64,000 bases of DNA, from IMG/VR virus record IMGVR_UViG_3300013901_000007, positions 43,526 through 107,525 of that record, one strand, 5' to 3'. Shown piece after piece: positions 12,287-22,615 of the stretch. The position numbers and the translations under genes were made by a program. Positions within the stretch are counted from its first letter, which is position 1; every line of letters starts with the position of its first letter. The DNA comes from a virus (taxonomy: Duplodnaviria > Caudoviricetes). The notes under the pieces were generated by a model. That model was not told the origin of the DNA. It ran no database searches and saw nothing but the letters and a program-made list of their open reading frames with translations.

Positions 12287-13081
12287 TTAAATTTCTTCAC
12301 TCGTAAAAACACCCTCATTTGTTCCATCTCCCCATGTTGTAGTATAAGAACGAGGTGGAACAGGAGCATCAATTTCCCCTAATAAATTATCGATTTCTGC
12401 ACACCATTGTGAACGCATACTTTTGGTTAATTCTACAATACCAACCCAAGGGGTTTGTACATCTTGAAACTTTTCAATAACACGTTGAAAATCACACTTA
12501 TCTTTACGACGTTGTTCAGGTTCATCAATTTGATTCATAGAACCTAATAAAATAACTTTACAATAATCACTCATACGAGTCATAACAGTTTTTAAAGACG
12601 CCAAGTTTAAATTTTGACACTCATCAACAATTAAAATTGTTCCAGGAGCAAAATTTCTTCCTCTTAAAAATCCCAATGGTATTACTTCAATTTTTCTTGC
12701 TAAATCATTTTTGTTAACTTTATATTCTGAAATTGATTCAATACTTTCTAAAGTATCCATTAAAGGGGCAGTATAAGGACCAAATTTATCATCCATTCCT
12801 CCCTTTAAAAATCCAATAGACTTACCTACTTCAACAGGATTTCTAGTATAAATAATTTTATGATAATTACCAGAGCCTTTATTATTGCAGGATCTTTTAC
12901 CACCATTTTTACTATCATATCCTTCATTTAATAAATGCAATGCTGTAGCGACACTAACAAAAGTTTTTCCTGTGCCTGCCATACCAAGACCTATAATAAT
13001 AGGCTTATCATTTTCCATGATAATTCTTGCTAGTTCTTGTTGTTCCTTGTTGTTTTTTAAGCTGATTCCAAAAATTGCCAA
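12287..13081 (-). CDS. phoH: PhoH-family ATPase
   Basis: GMAGTGKT, IGFLKG, FLRGRNF, IVDECQN, LGSMNQID motifs. Confidence 0.92.
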   Translation of the reverse strand: MAIFGISLKNNKEQQELARIIMENDKPIIIGLGMAGTGKTFVSVATALHLLNEGYDSKNGGKRSCNNKGSGNYHKIIYTRNPVEVGKSIGFLKGGMDDKFGPYTAPLMDTLESIESISEYKVNKNDLARKIEVIPLGFLRGRNFAPGTILIVDECQNLNLASLKTVMTRMSDYCKVILLGSMNQIDEPEQRRKDKCDFQRVIEKFQDVQTPWVGIVELTKSMRSQWCAEIDNLLGEIDAPVPPRSYTTTWGDGTNEGVFTSEEI

Positions 13082-13139
13082 ACGAACGCCCTCCAGTCAC
13101 CAAATACTTTTCAGCAGAGTTGGTGTTAATATATTTTAA

Positions 13140-13215
13140 TGGTGGATTTGACGAGACTTGAACTCGCAACCTCTTCCTTGCAAGGGAAGCACTCTCCCAA
13201 TTGAGTTACAAACCC
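13140..13215 (-). tRNA. tRNA-Ala(UGC) with encoded CCA
   Basis: Cloverleaf GGGTTTG...CTTCC CT TGC AA GGAAG...GCGAG TTCAAGT CTCGT CAAATCC A CCA; G3.U70 alanine determinant. Confidence 0.96.
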
Positions 13216-13254
13216 ATAAGATCTAGCAATTATTATGCTAGATTTGAAAGTTAA

Positions 13255-13416
13255 TTAAGATACAACATCATATGTAATTGATACATTAGTTTGTTCAATA
13301 AAATATAACGCATTAGGGTCATACGAATGACCATTAACGGATTGCCCATTTAAAAGTTGAGCCCATTGAGCTGCTGTAACCTTATATATTTTTGTTAAAG
13401 TTCCTTCTGTCACCAT
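13255..13416 (-). CDS. 53-aa protein resembling the N-terminal domain of the collagen fibre proteins; absent from the ORF track
   Basis: AAGGAGG RBS. MVTEGTLTKIYKVTAAQWAQLLNGQSVNGHSYDPNALYFIE resembles [13 protein letters not shown]...NGTTY of 34775-35722. Confidence 0.7.
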   Translation of the reverse strand: MVTEGTLTKIYKVTAAQWAQLLNGQSVNGHSYDPNALYFIEQTNVSITYDVVS

Positions 13417-13435
13417 GACTAGGCCTCCTTTATTA

Positions 13436-14032
13436 TTATTCTTTCCAGTATAACAATAATTGCATTAATAAATCAAGTTTTTTTTGATATTTAATATTTA
13501 TTAATAATGGAAAATTAGTATAATTATATTTTAAAAATAACGCGTCTACACAATGATATAGTTCCTTGTAAAATTCTTTATGCTTTATATATTTTTCTCT
13601 AATAAGAGAAGATTTATGATAATAATCAGAAATTAAAAATGATTTATTTTTAATAACTAAATTAATAAATTGCTTTAACCATTGAAGATCTTGATAATAA
13701 ATAATATTAGAATTATTAGAAGAATCACAATGTAGAAAATCTATTAAACCAGAACCATAGTAATAAGGACTAGATAAAGGATTAATATAATATTTTTGAT
13801 CGTGAAAAAATACTGAACAAACAATATTGTCAAATTCTATCTTTTGATAAATTTGATAATCAGGCAAAGTTTTACAAACAACCACGATGTCATAATCCGA
13901 CACCTCAGTATTAGTGTGATTTAAATAAGATCCGCCTAAATAAATTAATTTTATTGTAAAACCTAATTTTAACCATTGTGGCAAAAATATATTTTTAATT
14001 TTACTATAGATAATTAAAATATTATTGTTCAC
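13436..14032 (-). CDS. Pol-beta-superfamily nucleotidyltransferase
   Basis: IYLGGSYLNHTNTEVSDYDIVV (hGS-x-DxD). Confidence 0.75.
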   Translation of the reverse strand: MNNNILIIYSKIKNIFLPQWLKLGFTIKLIYLGGSYLNHTNTEVSDYDIVVVCKTLPDYQIYQKIEFDNIVCSVFFHDQKYYINPLSSPYYYGSGLIDFLHCDSSNNSNIIYYQDLQWLKQFINLVIKNKSFLISDYYHKSSLIREKYIKHKEFYKELYHCVDALFLKYNYTNFPLLINIKYQKKLDLLMQLLLYWKE

Positions 14033-14759
14033 AATTTTCTACCACCTTTAATAAATTTTCCTGCAAATACCTACTAATTTTTTCAATTTCTTTTTGTTTT
14101 ACAATTAATTGATGACGTAAGTTTTGAAATAAACTCCAACATTTATGACTAAAATTATCATCTACATTACCATGAGAATTTTTAATTAAATAAATATCTT
14201 CATTATTAATTTCTAAAAATCCTTTTTCTTTAGCAACCCAAAAAACACAATATAACCCTTTATAAGGAATTTTACCCGTACTTACTTGTAACCAAGGTTG
14301 CCACCAATTATCATTTTCTAAAACCGTTCTATATAATCCAACTAGAGAAATTAAATCTTTATATTCAAAATAAAAATCTACTACTTTTTGATATTTTTGA
14401 TTAATATATAATATATTTTCTTGTTTTAATCCATATAATTTAGCCCAAGAAGCAGAAAAACCAACACTAACAGATTTTATCCATCCATCAATACTATGAC
14501 AATACCAATGTAAATGTATTCCTCTAATATTAAAATGTTCAGTTTCGTAACCTACTATTCTAAAGATGTTTTGAGGTAATTTTATACTCAAAATTATATC
14601 ACAATCACTTTCTTCATTCACATAAGGAGTTAAATGGCTACCACCTAAATAAATAAATAAAGGATCATATGTTTTTATCAAATTTTGAGTGCAAGGCAAT
14701 TTCAACCACTCTTTAATAACATTAAAATCAAACTGGATCTTTTGCAATTGATTTTTCAT
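14022..14759 (-). CDS. Pol-beta-superfamily nucleotidyltransferase (paralogue of the neighbour)
   Basis: IYLGGSHLTPYVNEESDCDIIL. Confidence 0.72.
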   Translation of the reverse strand: MKNQLQKIQFDFNVIKEWLKLPCTQNLIKTYDPLFIYLGGSHLTPYVNEESDCDIILSIKLPQNIFRIVGYETEHFNIRGIHLHWYCHSIDGWIKSVSVGFSASWAKLYGLKQENILYINQKYQKVVDFYFEYKDLISLVGLYRTVLENDNWWQPWLQVSTGKIPYKGLYCVFWVAKEKGFLEINNEDIYLIKNSHGNVDDNFSHKCWSLFQNLRHQLIVKQKEIEKISRYLQENLLKVVENCEQ

Positions 14760-15444
14760 AATTCATTCTACCATTCCAATCTTCATAAAAACATTTACCA
14801 TCACTAGCGAAAATAACGGGTTGGCAATAATGAGGTACAATATCATTAGAAATAGTTAAATTTGAAATACCTAAATCTTTTGCACGTCCAATAAATTCAA
14901 TAGGATGTCCAATCCACTTAATATTGTTAAATATTGGAGATTGTTTTAGTTCTATAAACATATCTTGATCTAAAGATTGAGGCATACGATAACGAATAGA
15001 AGGTATATAACATAAAAACTTAGCGTTTTGATAGTTTTGTAATATATTTTCTAACTGTTTAATATGATTAGGTCTTTGCTTAATTAACCAATAATTAATA
15101 GAAATTTTCAAAATAATAGATTTTTGGTATTGTTCACTTAATTGATATAAAGAATCAATACAAGATGATAAAGTAAAACCATTGGTATCAATTATAACAG
15201 CATCAACCTTTAAATTTTTAAGACAGTATTCAACAGCTTGAATAAACTGAGGATAAAGAGTAGTTTCCCCTCCTCCTAGTTGAACTTCGAAATGTTTATC
15301 TTTAAAACTATTATCAATAATTGATGTAAAAATTTCCCACCTCATACTAATATCATTTAAAGGACTACTATACATAAAACAAAAAGGGCATTTTAAATTA
15401 CAACGATTTGTTAAATTAATATATATTTTAAAAGGAAATTTCAT
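14728..15444 (-). CDS. Radical SAM protein (short, no SPASM Cys cluster)
   Basis: CNLKCPFC, GGGE, DTNG motifs. Confidence 0.9.
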   Translation of the reverse strand: MKFPFKIYINLTNRCNLKCPFCFMYSSPLNDISMRWEIFTSIIDNSFKDKHFEVQLGGGETTLYPQFIQAVEYCLKNLKVDAVIIDTNGFTLSSCIDSLYQLSEQYQKSIILKISINYWLIKQRPNHIKQLENILQNYQNAKFLCYIPSIRYRMPQSLDQDMFIELKQSPIFNNIKWIGHPIEFIGRAKDLGISNLTISNDIVPHYCQPVIFASDGKCFYEDWNGRMNYEKSIAKDPV

Positions 15445-15446
15445 AT

Positions 15447-15734
15447 TTAATCTCCTTCTTTCTTTAATAAAATATCCGCAACAGGAATTTGTTCACCATA
15501 ATAATAAATAACCCAATCACATAAATCCCCATAATTAGGCTCTGAGAGAGGGCGACTATCCTCGCCCCAGATTTGTTTATAAAAAGTTTTTTCTTTAATC
15601 TTTTCACCTGTTTTTGTATTTAACAAACAATGATTTGGATCAAACTCATGTGTAGTTCCTAAGGTACCTAGACATTCGTTATGAATGTATAAAAAAGAAT
15701 CTTCACCTACGGCAACTTTAATATATTCTTCCAT
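15447..15734 (-). CDS. Hypothetical protein
   Basis: AGGAG RBS; tightly packed in the operon. Confidence 0.65.
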   Translation of the reverse strand: MEEYIKVAVGEDSFLYIHNECLGTLGTTHEFDPNHCLLNTKTGEKIKEKTFYKQIWGEDSRPLSEPNYGDLCDWVIYYYGEQIPVADILLKKEGD

Positions 15735-15744
15735 AAACTATCTC

Positions 15745-16782
15745 CTATGTAACACTGGAACAAGTACTAGTAGTCCACCAATCCCAAACATCATCACTTG
15801 CTGAAATACCATTTTGAGCAGGAATATAATATCTAAAATAAAGTGTAGTTGAACAAGGTCCTGAAATAAATGCAGGAGTGTTACTACCCTTTTTAATAGA
15901 AATATCATTCTCTGTTCCTATGATATCATAAGAACCGTTTGATGCCACTCTAGCAACTTTACAATTAATTGATGTAGAAAAATTGGTTGTAAGATAGACT
16001 GTTATACCAGTTTGACCAATAGTATGAGAATTTTGAATAGGTTTAGCATATTTAGCAATTGGAGCTGTAAAAGGAACCACAAGCACATCATCAGTAATAT
16101 CTGATATGGAAGTATATGTACTAGAATTATTAGCAGCACATAAACACCCAGATGCGGCTGTTGATACAGTAGTTATAGTAGTATTTGATTTAACAGTAAT
16201 TTGTTGTTGGCTTGGAGAAGCATAAACTGTAGCCGAACTACCATTAGGTTTGGTATAGGTATATTTAATACTGGAAAATCCAGGTGTAAATGCAGGAATT
16301 TTAACCGTAACAGTTGGTGTTGAAATATATGCATTAACTTGACCTAAAGTTGCATTAGGACTCAATGAAGATAAATTATCTCCTCCATTTTTAAAATAAG
16401 CATTTAAAATTTCAGCATGAATTCCACCAATAATAATTTCTTCACTTATATATGAATATTCATAACTACCACCACCAGGTATAAAGAAACTGATACTTCG
16501 ATAAAATGTTTCATCTCCCTCTGGAGTAATAGCAATCATGCCTTCGAATATAACATCTTCAACATTATTATTTTTAATTGTAAATTTATATGTTCCATAT
16601 GAATAATCACTACTACCTGTAATACTAGCAGAAGTACACACTGGGGAACTTAATTGTATAATACTGTTTTGAGGAGAAATAACCCAATAAGTAGGATTTG
16701 TACGATTCCCTCCCCATGCAATTATAAAATTCCTATTATCTACAGAGGGTTTAGCGCCACCCCATATACGAAAATGTCGCAT
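15745..16782 (-). CDS. Ser/Thr-rich beta-strand virion or fibre protein (putative)
   Basis: Composition and position after the tail-fibre genes. Confidence 0.5.
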   Translation of the reverse strand: MRHFRIWGGAKPSVDNRNFIIAWGGNRTNPTYWVISPQNSIIQLSSPVCTSASITGSSDYSYGTYKFTIKNNNVEDVIFEGMIAITPEGDETFYRSISFFIPGGGSYEYSYISEEIIIGGIHAEILNAYFKNGGDNLSSLSPNATLGQVNAYISTPTVTVKIPAFTPGFSSIKYTYTKPNGSSATVYASPSQQQITVKSNTTITTVSTAASGCLCAANNSSTYTSISDITDDVLVVPFTAPIAKYAKPIQNSHTIGQTGITVYLTTNFSTSINCKVARVASNGSYDIIGTENDISIKKGSNTPAFISGPCSTTLYFRYYIPAQNGISASDDVWDWWTTSTCSSVT

Positions 16783-16813
16783 AAAACCCTCCTTTTATCT
16801 TTATAATTAACTT

Positions 16814-17227
16814 TTACAATGCCTCCTCATTATTAATTTTGATTCTGGCTTCTTTTCTTTTATTTAAAATATCTTGATATCTTGTTAATTCAACTTCATA
16901 ATTTGTTGGATCAACTAATTTCAATTCATTAAGTTTTGTGATAACATAATCCGTTTCAGTTAAATACCTTTTTAATTTTTTAATTTCATGAGCTTTCATC
17001 ATGGCTTTATACTCTTCGCTATTCGTAACAACTTCATCTTCCACTTCAACTATTTCATTGTTAATATAAGCTTTTTTGTAGCCATAATTACAACTTGAAA
17101 GTTTTTCTTCCCATTCTTCAAAAGTAAGTTCAAGATAAGGTTTATTTTCTTCTTGTATCTCATCATAAAAAGGTCTTACTTCTATAGTACCATCTTCTTG
17201 ATTATAATAAAATTTTCTTTTTTCCAT
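16814..17227 (-). CDS. Tail fibre assembly/chaperone-like protein
   Basis: EIKKLKRYLTETDYVITK...RKEARIKIN motif; follows a fibre gene. Confidence 0.6.
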   Translation of the reverse strand: MEKRKFYYNQEDGTIEVRPFYDEIQEENKPYLELTFEEWEEKLSSCNYGYKKAYINNEIVEVEDEVVTNSEEYKAMMKAHEIKKLKRYLTETDYVITKLNELKLVDPTNYEVELTRYQDILNKRKEARIKINNEEAL

Positions 17228-17236
17228 AATAATCTC

Positions 17237-19003
17237 CTATACCGTATATACTGCAATATAAGTTATGTATAATATTTTATATGAAGTATTACCACATGCT
17301 ACACTAAAATTAAAACCCGAAGAACTTACTTTTGTTAATTCTATAAAAACTTGTCTTGTATCTGTGGTATCATTAATAGTTGCAGATATCACGACATTTG
17401 GAACACCACTAAATGAAGTAGCAAACGAAACCGCTTTATTAACTACTTCATTTTGATTAATTTGTGCAGTACCATGGCGCACTTGCATTTTATAAGATGA
17501 AGTTCCATATCTTTCAAAATCACAAAAATTAGCAGATGAACCTGTTAATTTTGCAACTTGGGCGGGTGGTTCAATATCTAAATTACCACTTCCAAGAATA
17601 TTCATACTATTGATAGTTTTAATGTTAGTGCCACTAACTAACTTGTCTTGACTAATAAGAGTTGCAGTTGTTCCATTAAACTTATAAATTAAGCCGTTGG
17701 ATAGAATATAACAATCCCTATCACCTTGAGCAAAAGCAACCATACTTCCACTTAATAAATTAGTTGTGGTATCAATAAAACCTTCGCTATTAAAAGCTAA
17801 TAAGCATTGATTATTATCAGTAAAATAAGTAGATAATATATCTAATAAAGAGTTTCCAGTTGCAGTTAATGTTCCTAAATTAAGCGTTTTCTCATATCCT
17901 TTAAGTCTATTAGTAATATCAGCTATAGTTTCATAATTAGCTAACTCTGTGTCTCGTGTAAACTTTATCCAGTTTGTCCAAGCTCCCGATGTAAAAGTTC
18001 TTGTGTATACTTGTCCTGCGCTATTATTTCCACCTGTTAAGTATTGCGTAAAATATCCACTAGCAACTCGCTTAATAGTAAGTCCAAATGCGTCAATTCC
18101 AGATGGTTTATTGGTGACTTTGTTTCCACCACCCGCATAATAACTACCTTCAGTTTTAAGTGTATCTAAATCTTCGTTAGTTAAAGCTTTAGCAACAATA
18201 GGAGTAGCATTAATTGTATTGCCGTTTATTGTGATATTAGTTCCAGCAGTTAATTTATCTTGCTTTGAGTCTAACAAAGTTGAACGAGGCATAGTTATTG
18301 CTTTTATTGTTAATGTAGTATCACTACAATCTAATACCCAAAAAACCATTGTTCCAGTCGTATTATCACTACTATTATAACATACACCTTTATAGGTGAT
18401 AGGATCTGTAGTATATACTGTAGGTGATAATAAAGGTATTTTTGTAACAATATTATTATTAACTTTCATTATTGCTACAGCAACAACAGGTTCTTGATTC
18501 TCACATGCTTGAAGAAATTTATTATATAAACTTTCAGATGAAAAAGCATAAGTAGATTCACCATAATCAGATTCAGAGACAGTAAACCAAGGTACTTCTA
18601 TCTCCACGGGAATATATTTAACAGTGTCAGTAGAACTAATAGTAATATTACCATTGGCATCTGAAGTGACAGACGTAGCACCAGAACCAACAATTTTAAA
18701 TTCTGCTCTTTTTGTATTATCATCATATATCTTTAAATAAGTATTTCCATTTGTTGTTGGTGCATTTGATTTTGTGTTTGCAGCACCTACATATGCTCCA
18801 GTGGTATAATGCGTGTCATTATTATCATCAGTTAAAAATTGTAATGCTCCAATTTTAGTTATTCCATCGCCAACTTTAATTCGTCTTAAATCCGAATAAA
18901 TAATTAATTCACCTTTCTTGGGTATAAAATTAACCGCTTTATCCCAATTGGCTTTCGTGTCTGTTTTTTGTAAAACACGCGTTGTTATTGTTTTTTCTGA
19001 CAT
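17237..19003 (-). CDS. Tail fibre / receptor-binding protein
   Basis: Mtd/hyaluronidase-type N-terminus (FIPKKGE...KVGDG), KQDKLTAGTNITI, a knob domain, and an H-type-lectin-like C-terminus (VSFATSFSGVPNV). Confidence 0.8.
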   Translation of the reverse strand: MSEKTITTRVLQKTDTKANWDKAVNFIPKKGELIIYSDLRRIKVGDGITKIGALQFLTDDNNDTHYTTGAYVGAANTKSNAPTTNGNTYLKIYDDNTKRAEFKIVGSGATSVTSDANGNITISSTDTVKYIPVEIEVPWFTVSESDYGESTYAFSSESLYNKFLQACENQEPVVAVAIMKVNNNIVTKIPLLSPTVYTTDPITYKGVCYNSSDNTTGTMVFWVLDCSDTTLTIKAITMPRSTLLDSKQDKLTAGTNITINGNTINATPIVAKALTNEDLDTLKTEGSYYAGGGNKVTNKPSGIDAFGLTIKRVASGYFTQYLTGGNNSAGQVYTRTFTSGAWTNWIKFTRDTELANYETIADITNRLKGYEKTLNLGTLTATGNSLLDILSTYFTDNNQCLLAFNSEGFIDTTTNLLSGSMVAFAQGDRDCYILSNGLIYKFNGTTATLISQDKLVSGTNIKTINSMNILGSGNLDIEPPAQVAKLTGSSANFCDFERYGTSSYKMQVRHGTAQINQNEVVNKAVSFATSFSGVPNVVISATINDTTDTRQVFIELTKVSSSGFNFSVACGNTSYKILYITYIAVYTV

Positions 19004-19160
19004 ATTAACTCCTTTTTTCTATCATTTCAAGAAATATACAGTTTTTAAAAATCATCTTTCCAGATTTTTACCTTTATTTTTTATATGGTTTAATAATTCG
19101 CCGAATCGAAAAAAGCATTTTAAATAATGCTTATTTCGATCCTCTTTTTTAATAATTTAT

Positions 19161-20819
19161 TTAAATATTAATAGTGGAACTACCACAATCTAATATTAGG
19201 GTATCATCTTCAGTTAATACTTTATTTGATAAACTAATAGTTCTTGTTCCACTACTTGTAATAGCTGCATCATTATCAACTGTTACATAATCTGAACCTT
19301 TAATAGCAACAGATGTAACTGTACCCGTTTTATCAACACCACTATGTGTTTTAATTTGAGCTTCTGCTAATTCTTTAATTTCTTCATCAGTTCTTTGAAC
19401 ATTTGTATCAGTCCAAGGGACATTAACTGCTAACTTACCGTTTTTATCAAGTTCAACTGCGTATAATTTACCACCGATAGCGGAAGCGTTTTTAGTATAA
19501 CTATTTAAATTCGCTTTAAGTGAACCAGTTGATGTAACGCTACCAGTTAAGCCATCAGCACCAGTAACAGAAGTGACAGTACCAGTTTTGTTTAAACCAG
19601 GGAAAGCTGTTTCATTAACTCCAACATCTGCAGCACCTAAATTAATATCTGCTGATAATATTTTATTATTTATTTTTCTTGATATTGGAACATATCCACT
19701 TAAATCAATATCTGTGTTACCAATACGTTCCCATTTATATGTCTTAGTAGTTGTGCCTTCTTCAAGTGTTATAAATTCATCATAACTATCTGGTTGTCCA
19801 TCATTAGGATTATGACTATGGGCTTTTAAGTAAATTTTACCCATTGTCGAAACAGAAGCGGTAGGTAACTCGGAAACAACTTCATATTTAAATTGTTTTA
19901 TACCACCAATAGCTCCATCTACATAGCTTTTAACAGCACCTGATGTAATATAGTTTCCTGAGGAAGCTGTAACTGATGTATCTAATGCTTTATTTTCAAC
20001 ATTTCCCAATCCAACGTCAGCTTTTCCAAGACTTCCTTTATAAGCTAAAGCACCTAATCCTTTAACAGCAACATCACTTCCATCAACAGCAATTGTACCA
20101 TTTGTAGTACCCGTCGCAACTGATTGAACTGCTGAATCAGCTTTGGTGCCTTGAGCAGCTGTTGCGTAAGCATCTGAATTAGTATAAGCAGCACTACCTA
20201 ACCCATGAATTTTAACCGATGCTACAGAACCTCCTTTTGGAGTTACAGAAAAAGTACCATTTGTTGTTCCTTCAGTAAATGTATAAGTTGTATCATTATC
20301 TGGAAGTGTAAAAGTTTGATCGGTTACATCAACCCATTCATCTGCTCCTTTTTCTTTACTTTGAAGTTTTAATGAATGATCAGTAAGAACTAATTGATAT
20401 AATGTGTTTGTATCAGTAGTATCTTTTATATTAATTGTTGATTCCCCTGATTGGTTAACTGTAAAAGAACCTATTTCTTTTCCATTTTGAGTAATAGTAA
20501 TTTTACCATTACCTACAGTTGGAATAGTTGGTGTTCCACTAATTTCATCATATGTATAAGATGGTTTATTTGCAGCTTTAGCCCACGAATAAACATCAGC
20601 AGCTAATCCCGAACCCCATTTAAGATCACCAAAAGTAGAAGTTCCATCACCGACTTTAAATAAAATGGATGGAGCGTTGTGGATAGGATCTGTGTTATCA
20701 GCTACCTCAACAAAACAAACTTCGCCTTTTAATGGTATAAAAGTAGCAGCTATTTTATTCCAATTGGCCAAAGTATCATATTTTAATTTTAAACGTGTAT
20801 TAATTGTTTTTTGTGTCAT
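19161..20819 (-). CDS. Tail or head fibre protein
   Basis: Mtd-type N-terminus (PLKGE...FKVGDG), KADVGLGNVEN, VVSELPT...WERIG fibre motifs. Confidence 0.78.
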   Translation of the reverse strand: MTQKTINTRLKLKYDTLANWNKIAATFIPLKGEVCFVEVADNTDPIHNAPSILFKVGDGTSTFGDLKWGSGLAADVYSWAKAANKPSYTYDEISGTPTIPTVGNGKITITQNGKEIGSFTVNQSGESTINIKDTTDTNTLYQLVLTDHSLKLQSKEKGADEWVDVTDQTFTLPDNDTTYTFTEGTTNGTFSVTPKGGSVASVKIHGLGSAAYTNSDAYATAAQGTKADSAVQSVATGTTNGTIAVDGSDVAVKGLGALAYKGSLGKADVGLGNVENKALDTSVTASSGNYITSGAVKSYVDGAIGGIKQFKYEVVSELPTASVSTMGKIYLKAHSHNPNDGQPDSYDEFITLEEGTTTKTYKWERIGNTDIDLSGYVPISRKINNKILSADINLGAADVGVNETAFPGLNKTGTVTSVTGADGLTGSVTSTGSLKANLNSYTKNASAIGGKLYAVELDKNGKLAVNVPWTDTNVQRTDEEIKELAEAQIKTHSGVDKTGTVTSVAIKGSDYVTVDNDAAITSSGTRTISLSNKVLTEDDTLILDCGSSTINI

Positions 20820-20855
20820 TGTTATATACCTCTAATTAATTTATAGAGAAGCCGC

Positions 20856-22604
20856 TTAATTAGCAGCTCCTCCGTTGAGAATTAATTCATTAGCACCCTG
20901 AGTTAATAAATCGGTTGAAACAGCTTTAATACTTAACTTAGCATTTGTAACATCTAATTGATTTTCATCAATAGAAGAAATATATTCAACTTTATTAACT
21001 TTTGCTAATAATGTTTCATCTAAATCGTCTTCAGTAACTTTATCTTTAGAAGCTAATGCGCCTTTCGGAACTGAGATATCAACAATACCATCATTTAATG
21101 GAAGTGTTTCAGCAGCACTATTTATCTTAACACCCTTAACAACACCCGTTGATAATGTATTATTAATTGTGTTAATTGAAGTTTTATTTGCGTCAGCTGT
21201 ATTTTGTGCCTTTAAGACTTTTCCAAATAATGTTTCAGCTGTTGCTTCATCTTCAGCAGTACCAACAGCAGCTTTTAAATTATCAACATCTGCTTTAGAA
21301 CCTTTATTAGATAAAGCTGTTTCTAATCCTGTAACTTTAGATTGAGCAATTTCTTTAACACTTAAAGTGCCATCTTCAGAACTTTGAATTGTATCATCAT
21401 CAACTTTAACTTTAGCATTTTCTAAAGTTGTAATACGACCTGATAAAGCAGTATCAGCACTTTCTCTATCGGAAATTTCTTTTTTAATTCTAGCGTATAA
21501 ACTACCATCAACAGCTGCTTTATCAGTATCTGCACCAACTTTTGTTTCTAAGGCAGTAACTTTTCCATTAGTTGTATCAAGAGCAGTTTGATCAGCTTTA
21601 AGAGCGATTTTTTCTTCTAAAGCTGTTTTATCGCTTGCTTTTAAATAATCATCTGTAACGACTTTTAAAGCAGCTTTTGTTGCATATGTTTCAGCAGCTT
21701 CGGTTTTAGTTAAGTGAGAACCTTCATCACCTAATTCAATCCAGCTTCCAGTTTCTCCAGTAACAGAATAGACAAACTCTTTCTTACCAAACAAACAAAC
21801 ATCGCCAGAATTGAAAGAAGTAACACCTTCAATAGTAGCTCCTGTTTCAGAAGTAGGATCAGTAGTTGAGGTTCCAACAAAGTGCATAGCACCAGTTAAA
21901 CCAGTGAATTTATTTTGTAAATTACTAATATTTTCTTCATTAGCACTAACTCTACCCTCTAAATTGGTTAAATCACTACTAGCAGCTTTTTCGTCTAAAG
22001 CATCTTGTAAACCTGTAATATCAGCAATACCAGCAGTTTCACCTTTTGTAACCAAACCTTTACTATCGAATGTAATTTTTATTCCAGATCCAGCTGTAAT
22101 AGCAGCATTTGCAACAACTGCAGCATTTGCAACATCTTTAACCTTTTTAATAGCTTCATCATTTTCTGTTTTGAACGTATTAAATTCTGCAACAGTCTTA
22201 TAAGTGTCAGTAATTACATTTCCAGCACCATCTTGAGTTGCTTTTAAAGCTTCTGTTGCAACGCCTTCGGTAAAATAACCTTCTAATGTGGATACTCTAT
22301 TTGCTAAAGCAGTTAAAGCCTCACTAACATCACCTGAACCAGTTGTTGCTGCTAATTTAGAATAACCCTTACCTTGACCACCAACAGCGCTGACTAAGTA
22401 AGCTGCGGTTTCAGTTTCACCTAAAACAACAACAATTTGTCCAGGATAAGCCAAAGCATTAGATTTGATGTAAGTTTCCATTGATGCGACGGAATCAAAT
22501 ATTTCATTAGCATCAAGTGGGAGTGGATTAGTACGAGCAATAGCAACACCAACATCCCATTTAGCGCCACTATTTAATTTATTGAAAAATTCATCACGTG
22601 TCAT
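20856..22604 (-). CDS. Fibre protein (coiled coil)
   Basis: RTNPLPLD...AYPGQ, GAMHFVG, heptad repeats. Confidence 0.7.
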   Translation of the reverse strand: MTRDEFFNKLNSGAKWDVGVAIARTNPLPLDANEIFDSVASMETYIKSNALAYPGQIVVVLGETETAAYLVSAVGGQGKGYSKLAATTGSGDVSEALTALANRVSTLEGYFTEGVATEALKATQDGAGNVITDTYKTVAEFNTFKTENDEAIKKVKDVANAAVVANAAITAGSGIKITFDSKGLVTKGETAGIADITGLQDALDEKAASSDLTNLEGRVSANEENISNLQNKFTGLTGAMHFVGTSTTDPTSETGATIEGVTSFNSGDVCLFGKKEFVYSVTGETGSWIELGDEGSHLTKTEAAETYATKAALKVVTDDYLKASDKTALEEKIALKADQTALDTTNGKVTALETKVGADTDKAAVDGSLYARIKKEISDRESADTALSGRITTLENAKVKVDDDTIQSSEDGTLSVKEIAQSKVTGLETALSNKGSKADVDNLKAAVGTAEDEATAETLFGKVLKAQNTADANKTSINTINNTLSTGVVKGVKINSAAETLPLNDGIVDISVPKGALASKDKVTEDDLDETLLAKVNKVEYISSIDENQLDVTNAKLSIKAVSTDLLTQGANELILNGGAAN

Positions 22605-22615
22605 ACTCTATCTCC

